Shown here: in pieces, positions 46,993-59,600 of the stretch
Layout: every line of letters starts with the position of its first letter
Position numbering within the stretch: the stretch's first letter is position 1
Source: Tubulanus polymorphus
Taxonomy: Eukaryota > Animalia > Nemertea
NCBI RefSeq assembly: GCF_964204645.1
Contig: NC_134025.1
Span: 12,958,001 to 13,022,000, forward strand
DNA length: 64,000 nt
Direction: 5' to 3'
Translations under genes and position numbers: made by a program
Notes under the pieces: generated by a model
Told to the model about the DNA's origin: nothing
What the model saw: only the letters and a program-made list of their open reading frames with translations
Databases searched by the model: none

Positions 46993-49900
46993 CTAAAAAG
47001 TAATATATGGATATTAGAATTAAAATTTCAAATCACTTACAATCCTTATAATTACAAGTAGAATAGAGTGAAATCTACGACCCTTACCTGGTGGCCTCAT
47101 ATGAGGTGGCATTTGGTTGTTATCCATATACCCCATACCACCATCAGGACTATATGCTCCAGGTCCTGTAAGATAAAAAATAGAAATATTTGATAAGTAA
47201 AGAAGTATTTTGCACAATATCAGTCAACTTAACCATGAAATATATTATAAAATATGTCCTTCAAGGCAAACAATGTTTTAAAGTTCATTTTCATTCGAAA
47301 TACATTTTGTTTATTGATATCCTGTTTAGATTCTTTCAAAAAGGTGACAAAATTTGAACAAAAATGTTAGTGATATTGAAAGCATATCATCAGAGATTCA
47401 ATATAGACTGACTATACTACATGCAGCACATTTCTGCATTGTATTTCACCATTGATTTTATAGCTAATTTGAATGTACCAGCAATGCAAAAAACTACCAC
47501 CTTCAACCTTTTTGGACAACGTTATAGCTAATAAAATTTGGAAAAACATTTTCCTCGATCAGTTCCATGGCAGTATTATACAATTCTTAAATTCAGCTCC
47601 TCATTGCACAGGGAATTTTCATCAACAAATCGGTCTTTTATGGGTTAGAAAGAAAATATACTGTGTTACACCTTGGAGTAATCATCTTATTACTCCAAGG
47701 TTACACAAATGGCTAGCAGACTTAGATTTTAGATCAATAAGCAAATCTTTCAGAATAGACTCAAGTAGTGCGAAAGATCAGAAGCATCCAAGAAATATGC
47801 ATTGAGCTATATATCAATTTCTACGACTTCATTTATCCAAATCATTAAGCAGATTAATCACTCTAAAGTTATCAGTTGTTAATGCACAAATCACATAAGA
47901 CGCATTTATTTTTTTCAAAAAAATGTTATACTATTCAACACTGTCTAGTAGAAATAGTAGTAGTAACAGTAGTAGTAGTAGTAGTGGTAGTAGTACTAAT
48001 GGTAGTAGTAGTAGTAGTAGCAGCAGTATTCACAATTAGAAAATAGTCACCTGGGAACTGCGAATTGGCGACTGAAATAAAAACAATGAAGAAAAACCTA
48101 AGCATTCTGTGCTGACTACACTTTCCGAGATTTTCAAAATGGAACATAAAACAATAAGACATTATTAACGATTCTCTATCTAAAGTTAGCGATGGATTAA
48201 TGAATTCGATTCACTTTTAATTGCTTTCATGTTTTTGTGCGACTTTTTGTTTATTCTAACAACACCCGTTCAGCGAAGATGCTACTACTTTGAAAATATG
48301 GTGCACACTGAAATAATCCACTTGATCTGAAATCCGTCTGGGGGTATTGGTGATGCGGTGATTGCTTGCGATTGTGCGCGATATTCTTTTTCAATTATGT
48401 CCTAGTCATCTGGATTAAGATGCTTTCGAAATCATGTTTGACCCTTAAAACGAGAAACCCATTCGAGAAACTAAGACTACGTTGAATGACTCGGAAAGCA
48501 TAGATGAATGTTTTAAGCTGAGCTGAACGTTATGCATGGATAATTGACTTTTGGGCCGGGAGCGAGTTTTTGAGCGTCAGCTGGAGAAGCCTCATATCAG
48601 ATCATTGCTAAAACAATGCGGTGAACACGGGCTAGAGGACCTGACATTTATTGTTACTGTGTGTCTGAAGCATGTGTCTGTATCTGAACAAAAGGAAGAA
48701 CAATTCAAACGATTTGACACTGATGAAGAAAATCGATAGTTCCTTAATGAAACACACACCACAGTGAATATAACTTAAACAGATATTTACTAGTACAGTG
48801 CACACAATTATGCCACTCTAATAGAGTAATTACGATATCCAGCAACTTTGTCAATTCCTGCTGATGCCGGAGCAAAACACAGGACATGTGCAAGTGGCAG
48901 GTCTCCCACAGGTGCACGTGATGAGCAATTGAATTGACGGAGATACAGAATCCGTGATTCTGGCACGGCTGCATGGCTATATCGAACAGCTTATTAGCTC
49001 GAAAGCTTCAACCCCAAAGCGTTATCCTCCTTATTAGAAGCGAATGCGGGGACACACGTATCAGGTTACAACAATTAAATCCAACATCGCCAAGTTATTG
49101 CAGCTGAAGCGTGCAAGAAACTGACAACTCCCGGTTCAAAACTGAAATGGACGCAACGAGATCGGGCCAATTTTGATCAAAGGCATGACATACGTATAAA
49201 CTAATTTCCAGTTCTAGTAATATCCTTTGAAGCGTCTTAAAGCATGCATCGCGGAGAAGGCAGTTTTTTGGCTCAAGGCCTAGAATATGATACGTTGGCC
49301 ATAAACACCCATTTTCGTTTACTTCCCCATTTAAAATCCTACTGCCCTGTAATTTAAACATATCCCGCTGATATTATTTTCCAACGAACAATACCCATTC
49401 ACTGTGTTAAAAAAATCAGTGCCCTGATTATAAAGAGAAGTTTTGAAGATTAGCCGCCGGGGCCCAACAGACTGATGTCGATCATATGCGACTTGAATCC
49501 TGTTCATAACACTTAACTTCAGTTTTTATGCAAAAGCGAAAATGCATGCTAAATTCAATCTGCCGACAACACGAGGGCAATCCGTGGAAATATTGGGCCG
49601 GTCACATTTTGACAGATCTTAACAAAATTAAAATGGAATTTTCTCAGCTAGATGAAAATGACCTATTATTGGTGCAGCTGGTGGAGTATAGCCATATTGA
49701 ATTAGCAGTAATTTGGTAAAAGCTTCAGACTTTGCGCAGCAATGAACACCTATCACAATGACTGTTTTGTCCCGAGGTGTCGGCTTCATTATGAAAATCA
49801 CTGGATAAATTTTAAAACAGAAAATCAGTTTGTCACTCATTTGACAGTTATATGAATTCATTCTACCCAAACTTTTGACGCCGACTCTTACTGGTGATAA

Positions 49901-51244
49901 CAAAGAAGTTTGTGTAGCGGCGAACAAAATTTAATGAAAAACTGACAAACTCATGAAGAAATTCGACGCTTGCTTATGAATTTTTCATCAACGCATAAAT
50001 TGCTATCTTGTTATAAACGACTTTTGTAAGAGTAGACATACAAATATGAATACAACATATTTCAGATCTTAAATGAGTTGGAAAAGCCGAGACGATATGT
50101 TTTTAGATTTTTAGATTGGAATCTTCAATAACAACCGTGAGGATTTAACTTTTTGAAACTACCGGTATAAACTGAGATATGAAGCGGTTAGAGCTGTGAG
50201 GCAAAGTACTGCATATTAGGTCTTCATATTTTCAATCAAGGTTTTAACGTATGGAAACGTATGAACAGCCTTTTCAAATGCAATAAACGCCTAATTCCCC
50301 CCCCCCCCCCCCGAAAAAAAGCGACAAAATTTATGCTAATTTGGAACAACTTGTATTGTAATAGAACATGTTGTTACAGAAGTCATAGTCGATCTGTCCC
50401 AACTGATAACAAGTTCCATGACAATGCATGCTTGATGGATCGCACTATTATTCAAATGAACCAATCACTGATAAACACAAAACATCGATTCGTGAAATTC
50501 AATTTTACCACGCCGCAATTCGATCAAACCCTTCAATGATATTTTGGACCACCGACCAAATCAGGCATAATGATAAATCACTTCTGTCCAAAACCGCTTC
50601 AAATTTGGGGGTCTGTTTAATAAAATCCAATCTCACAAACCCACATTACACTTGGCATTGATTGATTGATCGCAGTCAGACAAACGTAATTGAACAGAGA
50701 GAAAATGGAAAGTTTTGATTTCTATCAGTGGTCTGGTTTAATGTTCGACAAAGAACCCGGCAAAATCAATGCTCAAAACATGTATTGGTAATTGCCATTC
50801 TTAATGATTTCATACACAATTAAAATCTGCAATTTTTTCCATGGTAGTTTTTTCCCATGGAGATAATGATATAAGACATGATAACTCAGGTTGTCAATAG
50901 AGAAATCCATAAATCTAAAAATACCGAGAATTCTTCTGGTTTTCATAAAAATCCACAAATATAAAAAACCGAGAATTCTTCTGATTTTCATAGATAAAAT
51001 GTAACCATATGGCTCATTTCAAAAGTTTCTCATTGTCAACGTGGTAGTTATTCATCATTCTAGTTTAAGTATTTCAGCCTATGGAGATACTCAACCTATG
51101 AAACCGCTCCAGTTGTCTTGTTCTCTTAGACAACTGGTTGAATGATGCTTTCCCAAGGGAAAGTTTTTCAACAGGAAATACTTGCCTGCACGATTTGACT
51201 GGTCTATCATTGGTTGCACTATTCGTCTCCGAGCGTTAATGAAC
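46739..51244 (-). CDS. MEIS: Meis/homothorax TALE homeobox gene, last three coding exons (upstream exons beyond position 64000)
   Basis: WFINARRRIVQPMIDQSNRA + GPGAYSPDG...HMRPP + GLQGMPG...DIHAG*, all in phase. Confidence 0.95.
47088..47165 (-). CDS. MEIS: Meis penultimate coding exon
   Basis: GPGAYSPDGGMGYMDNNQMPPHMRPP; GTAAGG donor. Confidence 0.9.
47945..48027. repeat. (TAG)n microsatellite
   Basis: Imperfect TAG/TGG/CAG run. Confidence 0.9.
50903..50992. repeat. About 45-bp tandem duplication
   Basis: AATCCA.AAAT.TAAAAA.ACCGAGAATTCTTCTG.TTTTCATA x2. Confidence 0.85.
51186..51244 (-). CDS. MEIS: Meis exon, homeodomain helix 3 (59 nt)
   Basis: (W)FINARRRIVQPMIDQSNRA; TTGCAG acceptor, GCAAGT donor. 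Confidence 0.96.
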
Positions 51245-54200
51245 CTGCAAAGAGGAGGAAAAAATACGGGGTTTTATTCACAAGTTCTTATCGTCTGCTT
51301 CAAAGTAAGGAAGTAGCGTAACAGCAATTAAACCGAGTATCAGCTTGTTGTGGCATCTGAAAAATGGCTGAGTGAAACAGCCAGTACGTTACTTGTCAAA
51401 AATAACAATACTTGTCAACTTTAGGGTGAAGTTACCCCTCCTAATTAAATAGATTAGAAATCCTGCCACTAGTTATCGCGGCATTTTCGTCAACTATGAT
51501 AAATTTATGGATCACACACAGCTCTCGCTACTGATAGCGTTCTCTAGAATTTGACACTAAAAGGAAATAACTGCACCTAATTTCGGTGAATGCTAGCCGT
51601 AATGAGGTTGTTATCTGCTCTCTTAAAATTCATATATGCAAATGACGCATGGGGGCACCATTTCTTGCCGTGACGATTTGAAGAAAACCACCAGGAAACA
51701 AGATTGCGGTTTACCGAACTTGTCTGAAAAGACTTGCAGCAGGTCGTGAATAGGTTACGATACAATGAGGATGATAGCGTGGCTGCCATAATGGCCCTAA
51801 TGTTATGCGCCTAATCATGATGGGGCCATCAATTTCACCTAATAGGCTGGAAAATGACTACCTGCACACATCAAACAAACTGATCGAGCAAATTGATAGA
51901 CTTGCACACGATTTATAATACCTGATTTTTCACCCCAGCCGTCATTGTTTTCTTTTTTACGCAACGCTAATGAATGGAACTGATGACCGAGCACTCGAGA
52001 ACGAATCGTAATCTATAGCTTCTTAAATCAGAAATTAGTGATTCCGAGTTTCCATCATTGATTCCGATACTTGCAATCAAATCTGATTAACTTTATCAAA
52101 CTAATAGGATGTTAGAAAAAGGTATAGATGTAAGTTAATTGATGAGAAAAATGAATGAAATTTTCTTCGGATAGAGATTTTGATCACTCTTGATAGTGCT
52201 GCCACCTGTGAGTAAAAATCCCCGATACATCTGTGCTGTACACTACGACACAGCCCTGTCAAATCTGACATCACCCTGTCAAAAGCTCGACAGTTCCCAA
52301 CGCCCAGAATGACAAATCTTGAAATGGTTTACATATGTTGCATGACAGTTTTGGACAAGCTTTGAAGTAATGGTGAAAGTTGAAACATGATGGCAAAGGC
52401 TACATTGATCATCGCAGTATGGTTTAGATAATTTATATATCTGCCAGTGAAATATAGGTGCATTTATATATCAGCAGATACTACATGGATTTGGCAGACT
52501 TTAAAGCCAAACTGATAAATAAATATGTATCAGTTTCATTCCCTTGATACGGATGCACTGCGCTGAAGAATGAAATCTCAATAGAAATCGTTTGAACTAA
52601 TTATTATCTGCTTTCTTTAAAAAAGCAGGAGATTAACACACATTACAGCACTACAGGTTGTCTGAAAAATGAAAATATGTTCGTTTCTGTACTATATCCA
52701 ATGATTTTAGCATATCAAATCTGAGCATTACCAGGAATATACAGTGCATGAAGGGTGTTTATCAATCGCCCTTTTCTCATACGCTATATATACATAGGAT
52801 CTTAACAAACAGTAGAAAACACAAAACGGCAGCAATGTGGGTCTTTAGACAAGAAGTCTTATTTATTTTGAATGTTTAGTAGTGGGATTGAGTGTTTACT
52901 TCAGATATCTACCTAGCGAAAAGACCACATCATAAATGTTTAAAACAGGAATATAACAAATGAGCTTGTGATTCAGTAAACAGTGAAATCTGGTTTTTGT
53001 ACAAATTTCCTATATATAGTTGATCTATTGAAGTTAAATGTACTACCCTCTTGGTGGTCAGAACCCTTTTTTCTGGTCTTCAAGAAAAGACAAGTTTTTG
53101 AACATTTATTAAGTCCCCGCCAACAAACATCCAACAATTTATGTCAATAGGACAAAATTATTTCCTGCCTTTTAGACTGTGGCAAAAGCTGAAGGGCAAA
53201 TACCAGTCCAAGACATTGGTAAAGTACTTTCACTTGCTCTGACACAAGGCCGCTATCTTCCACAGAAGAAGCGGCTACATTAAAAACAGTTTTCAAAAGT
53301 GCCATATTTCAAAACTTCCACCGCATCCACCAGATATGCCCTGATGATACCTCCTCTTTTTCATAGAAATTTCAGAAATGGTGGGGAATCTCAGCGTGAA
53401 AGGATGATAGTCCTTATCGGAACTCTGCAGCGAAACTATCCTCACGTATATTTAGAAGAGAAACTATCTTCGTGTATATTTAGAAGAGTTGCTTGATAAA
53501 AGTGCTTTCAAACAGGTGTTTATGAGAACATGTATATAAACACTGGAGGCAACAAATCAACTAAAGTTGTTTAGAAGGCACCGGTGACTTTGTTAAACAT
53601 CTTCTAGCGTGCCAATTCTGTTTTATGCTGAAGGAGTCTTTGAGAAACAATGTACCAATTAAAAGAGTAACAGAACAACCCCTTTTAGAATATTAATAGC
53701 CAACAGATGCTATGGCGTAATTACTAGAATTTTTTTTCAAATTTATTTTCGTTGCAGAAAATATTCCGATTGCCATAGAAGTTTTCAGGTAAATCTGTTA
53801 CCTATTGTGAGATCTTGAATTTTAATTTGTCATTCTAATCTGTCCTCAATGAGTTAATTACAGTTAACCATACTATCTATTACACTCGAAGGGATTTACT
53901 TCTCAGCAGACAGAAGATGAAATGACAAGATAGCCACATTCACCCCAACGCCAGGCCAAGAATAGAACAAATTAAAGCCTCAGAGTCATTTACCTGTAAA
54001 TGAAGGAGAAAGCCAGATAAAACAGCAAAATGGGCAATCATTGCCTTCAGGGAGTTATTAGGCTTGATAACAAGAACCTGCCTCCAAATGCAATCATCGG
54101 TTCTCATTATCAGCAACTTTACAAAATGACCTGCTTTCTCCCCTTGAGGACGGTTCTCATGTGATGAGAAACTGTCCAGAGGAAAAGTCCTGATTGAACC

Positions 54201-55530
54201 GGGTATCAAGTTTGACAAGTCATCACTCCTGCGAAAAAATACACAAGTCACCATTGCAAAAATATATCCCCTCAGGATGGTGAGATGCATTTCTTTCGAG
54301 AAGCCAATGCCCTGAATGTTTTAAGAAGAAACTCTTTTGTTAATCTGATGCAGTTCAAGCATCTTAATGCGGTATTGCCTCACACAACATTTTGGCCACA
54401 ATCGGTCTCCACTGTTTCTTGAGACATTTCTGTATGGAATGAAGAAGCCACAAAACATCCCTGTCATCAGAGTCACTGTCACATGTAGGGTCAGTCCTCA
54501 GTTGTATTAGTCTATCGGTGTGGAAAGATACCAGCATTAGAAACCGCAAGACCACAGATAAAATGGTGCTCATCACAAATACCTTTCACATTTCAAAACA
54601 CTTTGAATAGCCATTCATAGCCATTCATAAATCACTTAATCTGAAGAAATCACTTAATCTGAAGAATCAAACTGGTATTATTATGCAACATAGGTGTGCA
54701 ACTGTTCTTAGACCAATAATTTTTACATGTAAAATCACAGGGGCAGAATTAGATATTGTGTTATTGCGTCATAAGGTCTGTCCTAAAGCTTCTACCTGGA
54801 CTATTAGATACCTGATTGTAATGCAAACAGTGATTGTGGAGGACTTATCAAATGATGAAATCATTGTCAAAACACAATGGGTAATGGAGCTTGACTATTT
54901 GTAATCCCTTGCATTCTCTAGTAAGCCATGGTGGTCATCAATTGAGGGGAAATAGCCAATTCATCTAGTTGATCAATTTTGAGGCACAATCTGTTAGAAA
55001 TTTTGGGATAATCTGATACTATGCATCAGCCCTCGATATGACCTGAGATCAGAACAGGTGAATATTCTATAATACGTATGACGTAATGAAGTACATCATT
55101 TGCATCAAATCTTGTATTGAGATTACGTAAATCAGTCATTTGTGATCATAGTAAAGGCACCTGCATGGGGAGGAGTAAAGCACAGATGATTTCATGAGTC
55201 CATTATCTAAGTCGCGGATTAGTCTTTGAAGTGAATTACTCAGAATAATCTGCAAATTTCTTATAAGAATACATATAAGAATGTATTCCAGCTTCTGAAC
55301 AAATATAGGAATGCTGAGAAACACAAATATGACTGTTAAACTAAATTAACAAATCACGCAAGAGACTGATGAACTGTTATAGAGAATGTACAAAACGGCT
55401 GCTCAATATTCAAAATGGTTCTCATATTTGTCGGGGTATGAACCGTTCATTATCAATTAACGGCATAACAAAAAGAGAGAATGATATAAACATTTCCCCT
55501 ACAACCAAAAGCATTTTCAACTTTAATTAA

Positions 55531-55569
55531 GTGTGTATGTGTGTGTGTGGTGTGTGTGTGAGTGTGTGT
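55531..55569. repeat. (TG)n microsatellite
   Basis: Imperfect TG run. Confidence 0.9.
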
Positions 55570-56339
55570 AAATTGAGGATAGTTCCTGGATGGAAATTTG
55601 CATGTTTTAATTGATTTATTAAATATCCGAATATTAAATTTGGCGGCAATCAGAATACTCCTCGATCATGATGATTGATCACGTTTGCTGATTACATTCA
55701 GGATAAGATTACTGGGGCACCACGAAAAATAATACATTGCCGAAACTTGAAACTGAATACACTAAAACTGAGCCTGACTGATATACTACACCACTTAATC
55801 ATTACCATTCGTTAGAAACCAAGGAACTTTATTATTTAGTCATGCAAAGTGCATCTCTTTAGTCTCAGTAAAACTCGGAATTATAAAATATTTGGGAAAT
55901 AAGTAAAATCTAGCTGATTAAATGAAGTAACACGACAAACCATGAGGGAGGATGGTTGACGGTGTGGTCTTTTTTGAATGGCCAAGGAAATTGAAACCAT
56001 GTAAATGAAATCCAACAAATCATCGATCCCGGGAAATTTCAATTTTTTCTAAGCAGAAAGTAACTTGAATTGCATAGTGAACACATGCTTTTTAACAAAC
56101 CTAAAGCCCTATCCAACTTTTAAGTGAAACTGAAAGTAAGCATCATTCATATGGTCAATCTGGGTTTTACTTATACCTGGTCTATGCGACTACACTTGGG
56201 AAATCCTGTTACACTTAAAAAAATGATGCCACATTGCCGCGGCCACCTATTTATTTATTGATTTTTGAACTGGCCAGGTCTAACGGAAACTATGGATGTA
56301 TAAACTAGTTTATACGTTCATGAGGCAACTAAACCCATA

Positions 56340-56684
56340 GCCACAATCACACAAGCATTTTAGACCTGGGCCACATTTGGGCGGTGCCAAATTAGCTCCT
56401 GGCCAACCGTTCACACTGCTGTCAAATGGGCCCCTGCCAGTTTGACATCGTACAAACTTGGCCCCACCAAAAATGCAGGACCAGGAGCCAAATTTTTTAT
56501 GGATCAAATTTTTCCTTATGAATACTAAGTGGTTCTGGAAGTGAATCAACCCACTAGCCAAAGTATCATTCTGATAGATTTTAGTACTGAGTGAGTGATT
56601 TACGTTTTCTATTTCGCAGGCCAAATTTGATTCCGTCTGATCTGGGCCAGATTGTCCCGAGCCAAATTGTTGTGTGATTGTGGC
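56340..56684. mobile_element. Harbinger-like MITE (partial relative near 61540-61660)
   Basis: 15-bp TIR GCCACAATCACACAA/TTGTGTGATTGTGGC; internal GGCC-rich repeats. Confidence 0.7.
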
Positions 56685-59600
56685 TTATGCTTGGCTCAGT
56701 TAGAGATTCAAGAACAGTTGAAATGAATTTAAAAGCTTTTTTCAACACACTTCAAGAATTTCGAGAATATCTCTTCAGGGATTTGCCGGTAAAAACATTT
56801 TGGCACTGCTATTAACGGGAGATTTGTACTTAATGTCGGATTCATTCAGAAGCACCGAGTCTTAGCATCGACTTACCCCTCCAGGGATCATCAATATATC
56901 TCGTAAACTTCAATTTCAGTATTTCCCCTGTCATTTCAAACTGTCGTCACAATTCAACGATGCCAGTTGACAGTTATACTGAAACGTTCTCCAAATTTAT
57001 TGTCAGCAAAAACTGGCATTCGATATGAGATAGAATAGATCTTATTTGAGTCATATTGATTTCATCGAGAACCCAGTTTATTCAGTAGCATTGTTACTAA
57101 TAATACTGATAAATTTGAATCTGCATTCTCATTTTAGATATTTGACTCCCGGTATAAATCTATTTGCTTCGGAACAGCAGGAATTTCACACATCAGAAAA
57201 AATATTTCGACTCACAATAAGCCAGCTCGATCTACATAGGTAAGTAAGAAACATCAGATGGCATTTGAGAGCATACCAACTTTCTTAAACATCATAAGGG
57301 TGTGTAACCGGATCGCCGGAACAGCTGTGTTTTCGTGCAACACTGTTTTACCTGAGAAGTTTCTCTTACGCTGAAAGAGCTGCTTCTTTCAACGATTTTT
57401 ATGGATCGGGAGAACACAGGCTGATCTCATCAGCTACAAGATTACAAAATCTAAATCGTTGTTGTTATGTCCGCTTCTTCGTTTTTCGTAACAACCTCAG
57501 CCTCTATACCGCTTAACAAGCGACAGTTCGGAAGAAATATATTTATGACGGGGCAAAATTTTCATTCTCTCATCTCTTTTTCTGGATCTCTCTCTCTCTA
57601 TTCTCCGAATGAACAAATAGACGGAGAAATCAAATTAGTGAAATGAATTTATTGAAAAAGAAATCGTTGACAGGCTCATATATTATGTCTTTCTCGAATA
57701 CATGTGATACGTGGAATGATTGATATGGACGCTATAACGGAGGTCAAAAACCCCACGCATTGCTAGTGCAATAATTAATTAAATGCGATGAATGCTTGTC
57801 ACTAATGACTTGATTTCTTTCGGTGACAATTGGTCACCAAGCAATTCGTACAACGCTATGAGTAGTCTACTAGGGACCATGTAGACTTATTGCACCCAAA
57901 GTCATTTTCAGTATGAATTTCCATAGATTTCATCATTTTCATACAAAGGAACAGATTAATTTCCCTTCAGACGAGAGAATTGTCGTAAACTGCCTCATCA
58001 CTCATCCGAAACAACAAATATACTTAGCTTCAAATGGCTCATCAGTTGGCCAGTGACGGCTTGACTTGCGGAATCCAATATTCTAGATATGGACTTCAAA
58101 ATGCAATACACTGTTTTCCGTTATGGCTATCAAACGCATCCACAGGGAGTCGTGCTATACATCAAAATCTGACCATCTCAACAAATATATGGTAATCTTT
58201 TCCATGACGGAAACATGTCTCATGTAAATCTAAGCAAAAGATTTAAGCACTCTAAGACAGAACTAGCACCAGGAAAAAAAATGAAAGACCTTTTGCCAGC
58301 TTCTATCATAATAAACATCTGGAGACATTTTCAACGACTCAAAATTTTAACCTGAGATTTTCCTGTGTTGATGAATCATGCCTCGCAATCAAAATTTTAA
58401 GTAAACACCCACCAGGCTCTAAACTCTCCACAAATCACCAAAAGCATGATGATACCCCTATTTATCAGGAAGAAGACATTTGTCATTCTCTGACAAGAGC
58501 CAGCGGTTCAACAGCCTTCAAATTATGCATTAGTGCACTATGATTGAAGCTCCCAAATTGCCAGGGTATAAATTGGTGCTCCTTGAACTGTAGAAATCTG
58601 AGAAAAAAGCAGATGAAATTATGAAAGTATTCAGCATTGAAGAATGATTGAATACCATCATCAATGCGTATCATATTGTTATCATAAATTGAAGTACAGT
58701 AATGAATAAGCATGAACTTCAAGTATTTTTTCCTAGAAAATTTGTATAAGACTTGGTTGGTCGATTCTGTTACACATAATTCCAGTGTCTTCTAGGTCCA
58801 AAGAATTTCGCACAAACAGCGCTGGGTTAGGAACTACATTTCCAAACTCCGAAAGACATTATGTCAGCATCGATTTATCCGATGTCTGAAAGATCTGTAC
58901 GAGTATATAGCGGGATTAACCCTGCCAGGTGGATTTAGGCATTGGGTATCACGCAGTCTTGTGTCGACAGATCCGAAAATCTTGCTCATACACGACTAAG
59001 ATCGTTTTAATCAGGGTAAAATATTAAGCGATGTTCGCTGAAATCTCACCAAGCTTATAGAGCATGATGAGTTATAAGTCTTCATCGATGGTCGGCCTCA
59101 CAACGGCGAATGATGGATAGGAGCTTCGTGACTCCACGTCGTCAGCAAAGCCTGACCAGAAAACTTGGCGTGCTAGCGTACCCAGTGATTGCTCTGACGA
59201 AAAAGGTCAGAAGTAAATTATACGGTCCGGATTGCCAGCAATAAGACTATGACAAAAGTAAGCACTTTTTGTCTCAGTAGTAACGGCATATTTCAAGCTA
59301 AATTCACCAGTTAAATTCACAGCGTAATCACGCCCGAATCACAATAAATAGGAGCACTGTAGCTACTTAACAATCCAAAAAGGTCGGCTTCCATTGAAAG
59401 ATCCTTGAAAAATTCTAAAGACCATTTTTAGCCCAAACAATAAGCCCATTTTATGAAAATCAATACTTTTCTATCAAAAGCAGGTACTTGTTAAAGAGCT
59501 TTTCCGATTTTTTCAAAAGTAAGCAGTTCACGGAATCTTTAAGCCTCATTGGCAATGTTGTGGATTTCCAATCGGATGAGAAATTGTCATCTTATTTTGC

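Noticed and set aside
47935-48162. Thr-rich mucin-like ORF
   Set aside because: Translation of the (TAG)n microsatellite.
51980-52005. CTGATGA-CCGAG-CA-CTCG-A-GAAC hammerhead-like string
   Set aside because: No G10.1-C11.1 pair, GAAC instead of GAAA, and no stems I/III.
58828-58846. ACTACATTTCC motif resembling a ZNF143/THAP11 promoter element
   Set aside because: Imperfect and isolated, with no other promoter evidence.
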